The notes beneath the pieces were generated by a model, which worked only from the letters and a program-made list of their open reading frames with translations, made no database searches and was not told the origin of the DNA. A DNA stretch of 37,791 nucleotides, taken from the sequence record SRR22947727_1528, one strand, 5' to 3'. Positions within the stretch are counted from its first letter, which is position 1; every line of letters starts with the position of its first letter. The translations under genes and the position numbers were made by a program. Positions 17,767 to 24,263 of this stretch are shown here, in pieces.

Positions 17767-18713
17767 AGTTCCATTCCTTTCATGATGTGTGTGATAACGT
17801 CCACTGTCCAACCATTGCCCAGCATCTTGTATCGTTGTGTATTGCTGACGTGTGCAGTGTACCCATCAGGTACAGTTTGCAGTCGCTCACACTCAAGCGG
17901 TGTCAGCTTACGCCATGTCATGTCTTCGACAACTACACTGTCTTTGTATACTGTCGATAAGCAATTTGTTTTATCGTCCTCTCTCACCTCGACACGAGGC
18001 TGTAATGGTATGCTCTTGTCGTAGTCTTTGCGTGTACCATTCTCGTCCAGCCTACGGTTCACTATGCGTCCACCCTTTATGTCTAAGTCAAACACAAGTT
18101 GCCGCCTATGTTTCTCAAAGTATGATTTGAGATTACCACCCTTGAAATAGTTAGCATCAATACAATGTGCCTTGTCTCTATCAACTATTCCTTCTTCCAG
18201 TATGTCACGCAACATAATACCTTTGTCTTCTGGCACACCATCTAATGGAATGTTTGTCCAGTAGTATCGTTGTCGGTTCTGTGCAGACACAAGACTGCTA
18301 TTGATAAAGATAGGCTCGACACCTAGTGCCTCAGTGATCACGTCCATGCTTTCCTGTTTCATTCGTACATTTTCAAGCAGGAAATACTTTGGCTTGCACT
18401 CTTTCAAGAGGCGTACATATTCCCAGAATAGTTTGCTTCGGGGATCGTCAAAATTTAATTGCTTGCCAGCAAAGCTGAAGCCTTGGCATGGACTACCACC
18501 GATCAATAGATCAATCTTGATGCCTTCAAATGTCTCAGGCCACATAACATCCCTAACATCACCAAGGTGTATGGTATTGGGATAGTTAGCCTTTGTTACT
18601 TGGATGGCGTACTTGTCCACTTCGGCTGCAAAATAGTGGTCAGGCTTTATGCCTAGCTTATCTAGTGCAATCTGACCACAAGACATTCCATCGAACAGTG
18701 ATAGTACATTCAT
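17763..18713 (-). CDS. dcm: C5 DNA cytosine methyltransferase (orphan)
   Basis: SLFDG (motif I), GGSPCQGFS (IV), LENV (VI), QNRQRYY (VIII), ECERLQ (IX), LGNGW (X). Confidence 0.95.
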   Translation of the reverse strand: MNVLSLFDGMSCGQIALDKLGIKPDHYFAAEVDKYAIQVTKANYPNTIHLGDVRDVMWPETFEGIKIDLLIGGSPCQGFSFAGKQLNFDDPRSKLFWEYVRLLKECKPKYFLLENVRMKQESMDVITEALGVEPIFINSSLVSAQNRQRYYWTNIPLDGVPEDKGIMLRDILEEGIVDRDKAHCIDANYFKGGNLKSYFEKHRRQLVFDLDIKGGRIVNRRLDENGTRKDYDKSIPLQPRVEVREDDKTNCLSTVYKDSVVVEDMTWRKLTPLECERLQTVPDGYTAHVSNTQRYKMLGNGWTVDVITHIMKGMEL

Positions 18714-18716
18714 TTT

Positions 18717-18833
18717 TTATTCTCCATACAATTCTTTTGATTGTTCTTCTGTCAGGTCAAACCTTCCACATGGGGATTTGTATCTATCAGTAATCCAAAC
18801 CCCCTCAAACTCAAAACCATCTTCGTCATTCAT
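18717..18833 (-). CDS. Small acidic protein, 38 aa, not in the ORF track (MNDEDGFEFEGVWITDRYKSPCGRFDL…)
   Basis: TAATG coupling to the upstream gene; fills the gap. Confidence 0.55.
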   Translation of the reverse strand: MNDEDGFEFEGVWITDRYKSPCGRFDLTEEQSKELYGE

Positions 18834-19207
18834 TACGCAACATCCTTTCCGAAAAATCTTTGGGCTTGCTCTACTGTTATTCTGTATCTGTTGTTGCTTT
18901 CACTTATACCTAGCTTCTGAATTGTAAAGGGTGTTTTCCTTGCTCTGGTATTGAAGCCGACAAGACTGTATTTGTCACCCCTAACTGTTGCAATTTTACT
19001 AGTGTCCAAGTCATATGTATTGGCGTATTTTTCAAGGTCTTTTTCCTCTACAGATGGCGCACCAGCATCTTTTATCACCACCTTAAATGTAACTTGCGTG
19101 GTATCATAGCTTGCATTGCCTACATCAATTTCAAAACCTTCAATGCCATGTTCAGTAAATAAGTTGTTTAGTTTTTCACGAAGAATTTTTGCTGTTGTTC
19201 TATCCAT
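18833..19207 (-). CDS. Hypothetical protein
   Basis: 124 aa; YSLVGFNTRARKTPF segment. Confidence 0.75.
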   Translation of the reverse strand: MDRTTAKILREKLNNLFTEHGIEGFEIDVGNASYDTTQVTFKVVIKDAGAPSVEEKDLEKYANTYDLDTSKIATVRGDKYSLVGFNTRARKTPFTIQKLGISESNNRYRITVEQAQRFFGKDVA

Positions 19208-19349
19208 TTTCTTGCATCTCTCTTTTCATTTCGATTAATTCACCAACTGATCTGCCTGACATACCAGATAGTTCTTCTAATGTCAACACACTTGTATCGT
19301 CTAGCATGTCTATCAAATCTTCGTCCATCATATCGAGTTTCATTTGCAT
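19200..19349 (-). CDS. Small acidic HTH-like protein, 49 aa, not in the ORF track
   Basis: MQMKLDMMDEDLIDMLDDTSVLTLEELSGMSGRSVGELIEMKREMQENG; overlaps both neighbours. Confidence 0.55.
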   Translation of the reverse strand: MQMKLDMMDEDLIDMLDDTSVLTLEELSGMSGRSVGELIEMKREMQENG

Positions 19350-19567
19350 TTGTATGCCCCTTCCATCATGTCAATTCCCACAAGCAAACCCTCCAGATAT
19401 CGGAACATTTCCCTAGCTGGGACACGCCCATATATTATAGTCGAACCTTTGTTGTTTGTTAATTCCCAACCACCATAGCAGGCTTTATTGCAAAGGCCAT
19501 AGCTTCTGCCCAGCCTTTGGTTAATTCTTTGCAATCTATTTTCCAGCATATGTTTTGTAACTCTCAT
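19340..19567 (-). CDS. Hypothetical early protein
   Basis: 75 aa; AGGAGGT RBS. Confidence 0.75.
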   Translation of the reverse strand: MRVTKHMLENRLQRINQRLGRSYGLCNKACYGGWELTNNKGSTIIYGRVPAREMFRYLEGLLVGIDMMEGAYKCK

Positions 19568-19578
19568 TATCTTACCTC

Positions 19579-19755
19579 CTAAGTTGATGCAGGATTTTCA
19601 ATTTGTGACATATGAAGCCTACACATCACATCAAAAATTTCTTCTATTGTTTCACGACACCCTAAAAATTTTCCATGTCTAACTAGGTTCCAGCCGTCAG
19701 GGTCTTCTAATATTTCAAATCCAAACGGCATGTTTTTTATGCTTATGTATTCCAT
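19579..19755 (-). CDS. Hypothetical early protein, 58 aa, not in the ORF track (MEYISIKNMPFGFEILEDPDGW…)
   Basis: Hand-translated; AGGAGGT RBS. Confidence 0.55.
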   Translation of the reverse strand: MEYISIKNMPFGFEILEDPDGWNLVRHGKFLGCRETIEEIFDVMCRLHMSQIENPAST

Positions 19756-19875
19756 TTCATAACCTCCTAAGTTGCAGCTCTCGCCTATAAATTCCAGGAT
19801 TTTTTATCCTACTGAATCATGAAGAAAATCATGACCACCACAAATTCAAATATCAATACTTCCATTTAACAACAC

Positions 19876-20202
19876 TCACATTCTGTGATCTGTGACTAGT
19901 TTACCATTCCGGCAAACATCATCTTCATTCAATTCTTCTTTTGGATATTCCCAAAAACTCCACATGCCACCATTGGCATAGTTTAAATGCTCAACCAATT
20001 CTAGACTGTTAGCGCACCACACAGAATAGTCACCAAGATATTGAACAGTGCCATCGTTATAGATACGCAGGGGTTGCGTTTCAAATATTCCATCCATTAA
20101 ATTTGTTATGGATAAAAAGAATTGCCCTTCCTTTGACCAATACAAGGGGATTTTCACACATCCCTTATGATCTAGTGGGTTGTCATATGATTTTACTATC
20201 AT
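19876..20202 (-). CDS. Hypothetical early protein
   Basis: GAGGT RBS and ATGA overlap support a start at 20202; the ORF track extends it to 20220. Confidence 0.65.
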   Translation of the reverse strand: MIVKSYDNPLDHKGCVKIPLYWSKEGQFFLSITNLMDGIFETQPLRIYNDGTVQYLGDYSVWCANSLELVEHLNYANGGMWSFWEYPKEELNEDDVCRNGKLVTDHRM

Positions 20203-20402
20203 TCTTTCACCTCTTTCCATTCACCATTTTCATATTTGACAATTCGGGCAGTATATCCAAGGTCAAGAATATCTTTGCATTTTACACCAGCCCAGCCAAT
20301 CGTGACATATGTCTTGTCACCATAGCAATTGACCCATCCAGATTTCATTTTCAATTCAACTCTGAAGGTATCATAACCATCATTATAATTTATTGCAGAC
20401 AT
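20199..20402 (-). CDS. Hypothetical early protein
   Basis: 67 aa; GAGGT RBS. Confidence 0.65.
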   Translation of the reverse strand: MSAINYNDGYDTFRVELKMKSGWVNCYGDKTYVTIGWAGVKCKDILDLGYTARIVKYENGEWKEVKE

Positions 20403-20411
20403 TATATCACC

Positions 20412-21011
20412 TCATTTACCTAGTATGAAATCAACATGCATTTGCGAGACGTGTTCACCATCACGATATTTTGTAGGGTGTACCGTTGCCAGATAGTCGC
20501 ACCAGCTATCCCATAGGTGTTCACACCCGCCCAGCTTTTCGCATGTGTCGATATATAATTCTGCTTTTTTACGCATCAAAGCATATGTAGCATTAGCACC
20601 ATACTTGAACGTGCTGGCAGATAATCCGAACCGTTGCAGGTTATGACTATCTAAACAGCCTATTTCGCCAAGAGCCAATTGGATTACGAAACCTGCTTTT
20701 GCTAGGTGAAGATTAGGGCATGATGCCACATATAAAAGCAGATCGGGAAGATCAATTTTGCCAGCTTGATAGTCAATAAATTTTGCATGAATATCTTTTT
20801 TATTCCGCTGGATATATTTATAGGCTTTTGCCTTTACTGCATTGTTCAGATAACGGCTATCCAAACCATTTTGTTTAACGTCAATATTCATATTACCAAC
20901 CAAATACCAATGGGTGCGAATAGAATTAATGACGCAAATCATAGTATCAGCAACGGCTGCAGGGCTTGCTGCGCAGGCCTGGCCTATTTTTGTTTGATGA
21001 TTTTTGAACAT
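20412..21011 (-). CDS. HhH-GPD superfamily (Ogg/EndoIII-like) DNA glycosylase-like protein
   Basis: CPNLHLAKAGFVIQL…GCLDSHNLQR resembles the helix-hairpin-helix Lys plus the LDxH catalytic Asp. Confidence 0.6.
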   Translation of the reverse strand: MFKNHQTKIGQACAASPAAVADTMICVINSIRTHWYLVGNMNIDVKQNGLDSRYLNNAVKAKAYKYIQRNKKDIHAKFIDYQAGKIDLPDLLLYVASCPNLHLAKAGFVIQLALGEIGCLDSHNLQRFGLSASTFKYGANATYALMRKKAELYIDTCEKLGGCEHLWDSWCDYLATVHPTKYRDGEHVSQMHVDFILGK

Positions 21012-21030
21012 TTCAAATCCTTTTGTTTCA

Positions 21031-21346
21031 AGTTAATATAGGCTTGCAATGGATTATTTAAAACCCATTGCAGTCTAATCAATAACCCCTAACAACCTTG
21101 CGAGTAACTTTCAAAAGCCAATGGCGTTTTACGAATTGGCCTGATTTTTTATTACGTCCAACGTGGAAATATGCCCGATTAGTCGAAACATATCCGCCTT
21201 TTGTAAAAAATGCCAAGCGTCCATCACCAATTGGATAATGGTTATTGCGTGTATCTGTCAGAAAATTAAGCATAATAGACCTCATGTATATGAAAGGAAA
21301 CACTAGTCGCCTAGTGCCTTGCAAACATTGCAAGCCTATATTAACT
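21031..21346. repeat. Perfect 21-bp inverted repeat flanking one small ORF
   Basis: AGTTAATATAGGCTTGCAATG (21031-21051) and CATTGCAAGCCTATATTAACT (21326-21346). Confidence 0.9.
21079..21273 (-). CDS. Small basic early protein (start probably MLNFLTDTR)
   Basis: GAGGT RBS before 21273; the ORF track extension to 21381 crosses hairpins. Confidence 0.6.
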   Translation of the reverse strand: MLNFLTDTRNNHYPIGDGRLAFFTKGGYVSTNRAYFHVGRNKKSGQFVKRHWLLKVTRKVVRGY

Positions 21347-21402
21347 CTCAACATTCGGGCGGGTCTTTTGCAGACACACAAGCCCTATATATGGACTAGG
21401 TA

Positions 21403-21603
21403 CTACCTAGCGTGCGCTTTTTTCACTCTTAGCCTTTCCGCAATTGTTGTCATTGGCTCATTGGGCTTTGCCAAGTTTTGGCATACATAGCCCCTATGTG
21501 ATAGGCTTTCAAATTGCCCCATTGGACTAGGTATGTTATGAGATAGGCTTTGCCTTACTCTTAAAGCTTTCCGTCTGTTTGGGTTTAATCTTCGCCTTGC
21601 CAT
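21403..21603 (-). CDS. First early ORF, Arg-rich protein
   Basis: MARRRLNPNRRKALRVRQ; lies directly downstream of a candidate promoter. Confidence 0.55.
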   Translation of the reverse strand: MARRRLNPNRRKALRVRQSLSHNIPSPMGQFESLSHRGYVCQNLAKPNEPMTTIAERLRVKKAHAR

Positions 21604-21640
21604 TGTCTTAATCGCTTTTCTGTTTCGTTCTTGTGATTAT

Positions 21641-21669
21641 GTTATGACCGAAAAAAAAAGCAGCGTAAA
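21641..21669 (-). promoter_or_regulatory. Candidate early promoter
   Basis: TTTACG-N17-CATAAC. Confidence 0.45.
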
Positions 21670-21679
21670 GCATAAAAAA

Positions 21680-21692
21680 TAAGTCATTGATT
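21680..21692 (-). promoter_or_regulatory. IHF consensus site
   Basis: AATCAATGACTTA matches WATCAANNNNTTR, with an upstream A-rich tract. Confidence 0.6.
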
Positions 21693-21733
21693 TTATTGGA
21701 TTTTATTTTGGGTGATTTTTGGAAAACTGGAAT

Positions 21734-21770
21734 GTTCCTGTTTCGTTCCTAGTTCGTTCCTGTTTCGTTC
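21734..21770 (+). promoter_or_regulatory. Tandem alphaproteobacterial LexA (SOS) boxes
   Basis: GTTC at 21734, 21745, 21756 and 21767, giving three overlapping GTTC-N7-GTTC boxes. Confidence 0.75.
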
Positions 21771-21824
21771 TGGTTAATCATGGGAATAATCATTTACACC
21801 TTATAATATATATAAAGGCGTTTT

Positions 21825-21890
21825 AATGTGCTAACACGCTAACACAAATCCCAGCTGGTCGTTTCAATGTGATAGCACGCTAAAACAAAT
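21825..21890. repeat. 25-bp direct repeat x2 with an imperfect internal palindrome
   Basis: AATGTGCTAACACGCTAACACAAAT and AATGTGATAGCACGCTAAAACAAAT (22/25 identical). Confidence 0.85.
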
Positions 21891-21956
21891 AGATAGACTG
21901 TGACATAAATGCTGCAGGTGTTGTAAAAATGTCACACTATACAGATCTTTCGTATG

Positions 21957-22050
21957 ATCAAACCTTGTTAGACTAATCAAACCTTGTTAGGCTTGGCTGT
22001 AAATGTTAGGCATGGCTTAATTTGTTAGGCAGGGGGTGGCTAGTTAGTCT
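21957..22050. repeat. Degenerate 19-bp tandem repeat x5 with a GTTAG core
   Basis: GTTAG at 21967, 21986, 22005, 22024 and 22043. Confidence 0.85.
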
Positions 22051-22103
22051 TGTCTTTATTATATAGGGCAGCCTAAGTGTCAAAAAAATGACGCTTCCAT
22101 AGT

Positions 22104-22118
22104 GAACAAATCGTGAAC
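22104..22118 (-). promoter_or_regulatory. LexA (SOS) box in the opposite orientation
   Basis: GAACAAATCGTGAAC on the + strand = GAAC-N7-GAAC. Confidence 0.7.
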
Positions 22119-22345
22119 AAAAAAAAAGTCAAGCAAAATCTTGTCAATAATTTGACGTATGATGTAGGGAAAAATAGATGAAATAAAAAAACACGGATAC
22201 CTATAGGGTATATTAGCGTTCCTAATAGACATGGAGGACAGCCGGGGGCTTAATAGTCTATATAGTTCTTTAGAACTCTTTAGAGTTTGTTACCATTATT
22301 TATTATTATTACTATCTTTTACTAACTCTTAATAACTATATAGGT

Positions 22346-22374
22346 ATTATAACATTCACTTGTATGTTTGTCAA
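22346..22374 (-). promoter_or_regulatory. Perfect sigma70 promoter firing leftward into the non-coding gap
   Basis: TTGACA-N17-TATAAT with a TGn extended -10. Confidence 0.8.
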
Positions 22375-22389
22375 TAGCTATGGTATACT
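22360..22389 (+). promoter_or_regulatory. Promoter for the packaging genes
   Basis: TTGTAT-N18-TATACT with a TGn extended -10. Confidence 0.6.
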
Positions 22390-22453
22390 TTTATTTGTCA
22401 ACCAGTACATTTTTTAAAAGGTGTGATAAAAATACAACACATAAGGATTAATT

Positions 22454-22654
22454 ATGTTTGAAGCGTTAATTTTAGTTTGTCTAGTCTCTACAGAATGTGT
22501 AGAATTGACAGACACTAGAGGTTTGCACAAAACAGAAATGTCTTGTAAGGCTAGAATAGCCGAGATGGTTAGTGATTTTGTTTCTGATGAAAGAACACCT
22601 CCGGTTATAGGAATAAAATATAAATGTCAAATTAAAAAAGGTACACCTATTTAA
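22454..22654 (+). CDS. Small Cys-containing hypothetical protein
   Basis: 66 aa; AAGGA RBS; TAATG coupling to terL. Confidence 0.7.
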   Translation: MFEALILVCLVSTECVELTDTRGLHKTEMSCKARIAEMVSDFVSDERTPPVIGIKYKCQIKKGTPI

Positions 22655-24213
22655 TGTTAGATAGTCATACTAATGAAGAACTCCCTGATATTCAGGGTGT
22701 GTCAGCCTACTTAACCCTGCGAGAGAAGATTAATAACTACAATAACTACAAAGCCAAGGATGATTTCCTAACCTTTGTCAAGATATTTGCACCCACAATT
22801 GTTTCAGAGTTTGAGATGGGTAGGCATATTGAGCTATTGTGTGAAAAGCTACAGGGGGTTGTTGACGGAACTACCAAACGACTAATGGTATTCCTACCAC
22901 CTCGCTCATCTAAGTCAGTTATCTGTAGTAAACTGTTTCCTGCCTGGTACATTGGTAACTTTGCACACCATGAAATTATGTCAGTGTCTCACTCTGACCA
23001 GCTTGCTAGTGATTTTGGTAGAACTGTCAGGGATATTGTCAATACTGAGAAGTTTCAAAAGATTTTTAGAGGTGTAGCACTACGTAGTGACGTTAAGGCA
23101 GCGGGTAAATGGAAAACAAACCAGAATGGTTCCTATTATGCAGCAGGTGTACGTAGCCAGGTAGCAGGCCGTGGCGCACACGTAGCCCTATTGGATGACG
23201 TAATGTCTGAAGAGGATTCATTTAGCGAGGCAGGCCGTAGATATATCAAGGAATGGTATCCTGCAGGCTTACGTACACGTATCATGCCTAACGGTTCTAT
23301 TATTATTGTCAATACTAGGTATCACTATGACGATCTCTGTGGTTGGCTATTGAAACAAGAGAGTAAGGTAGAAGAAACAACAAACAAATGGGAAGTCATT
23401 AGTATCCCTGCATGGCTTGATGAGGAAGCTGCAGAGCTTCTGGGGCTACCAGAGGGTACTTCGTACTTCCCTGAGTGGAAACCTGACGAAGTTCTTAGGG
23501 TTGACGAACAGGAAATCAGAGCAACCAACGGTGCAAGGTACTGGAACTCTTTGTACATGCAAGATCCTAGTCCAGATGACGGTGGTATTATCAAGAAGCG
23601 TTGGATTGAATGGTGGGAAGATGACGAGCCACCTAACTGTGACTTTATTATCCAGACATATGACACGGCCTTTAGTACCCGCAGGACTGCCGACTACAGC
23701 GTTATCCAGACTTGGGGTATCTTTAGTCAGTTTGAGAAGGACGAGTACGGTGGTGAGCAAATTACGTCCAATCTAATTCTCCTGGGTAACATCCGGGGGA
23801 GGTTTGAATATCCTGAACTGCGTAGGATTGCCCAAGAATTATATCAGGAGTATAGACCCGATGTTTGTATTATTGAAAAGAAAGCTTCAGGACAATCCCT
23901 TATACAGGATATGAGAAGGGCAGGTCTACCTGTACTGGATTATCTACCTGACCGTGACAAGGTTGCAAGGGTATACGCTTCAACGCCTATGATGGAATCA
24001 GGGCGTGTGTGGCTACCAAAGGACAGACAATTTGCAGACGATTTGTTTGAAGAGTGTATGTCATTCCCTAATGGCGCACACGATGACCAAGTTGACTGTA
24101 TGACTATGGCTATTCATTACATGAAGGACAGTTGGAACCTTATCCACCCTGAAGATCCTAATTGGGAAGACGAGCCAAGAACAAGAAAGAGGGTTGCATA
24201 CTGGAGAACTTGA
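22654..24213 (+). CDS. terL: Terminase large subunit
   Basis: LPPRSSKS (Walker A-like), LLDD (Walker B), NTRYHYDDL, YDTAF…DYS, IEKKASG and HDDQVD motifs. Confidence 0.95.
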   Translation: MLDSHTNEELPDIQGVSAYLTLREKINNYNNYKAKDDFLTFVKIFAPTIVSEFEMGRHIELLCEKLQGVVDGTTKRLMVFLPPRSSKSVICSKLFPAWYIGNFAHHEIMSVSHSDQLASDFGRTVRDIVNTEKFQKIFRGVALRSDVKAAGKWKTNQNGSYYAAGVRSQVAGRGAHVALLDDVMSEEDSFSEAGRRYIKEWYPAGLRTRIMPNGSIIIVNTRYHYDDLCGWLLKQESKVEETTNKWEVISIPAWLDEEAAELLGLPEGTSYFPEWKPDEVLRVDEQEIRATNGARYWNSLYMQDPSPDDGGIIKKRWIEWWEDDEPPNCDFIIQTYDTAFSTRRTADYSVIQTWGIFSQFEKDEYGGEQITSNLILLGNIRGRFEYPELRRIAQELYQEYRPDVCIIEKKASGQSLIQDMRRAGLPVLDYLPDRDKVARVYASTPMMESGRVWLPKDRQFADDLFEECMSFPNGAHDDQVDCMTMAIHYMKDSWNLIHPEDPNWEDEPRTRKRVAYWRT

Positions 24214-24222
24214 GGGTATAAT
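24194..24222 (+). promoter_or_regulatory. Promoter for the portal gene
   Basis: TTGCAT-N17-TATAAT. Confidence 0.65.
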
Positions 24223-24263
24223 ATAAAAATTGATTAATACTAATTTACAAGGACACGTAAATA

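Noticed and set aside
17763-18713. Methylase as part of an RM system or a 5mC-TET-GT DNA hypermodification pathway
   Set aside because: No adjacent endonuclease, no recognisable 2OG-Fe(II) oxygenase in the window, and it lies 13 kb from the GTs. A partner outside the window cannot be excluded.
21827-21846. CIRCE (HrcA) element
   Set aside because: Only a GTGCTAA half-site; the TTAGCACTC-N9-GAGTGCTAA arrangement is absent.
21929-21945. SP6/T7-like phage promoter (GTCACACTATACAG)
   Set aside because: Single partial match, not repeated before late genes, and no phage RNAP gene is seen.
21957-22050. CRISPR-like mini-array
   Set aside because: The period is only 19 bp with a 5-bp constant core and no unique spacers of CRISPR length.
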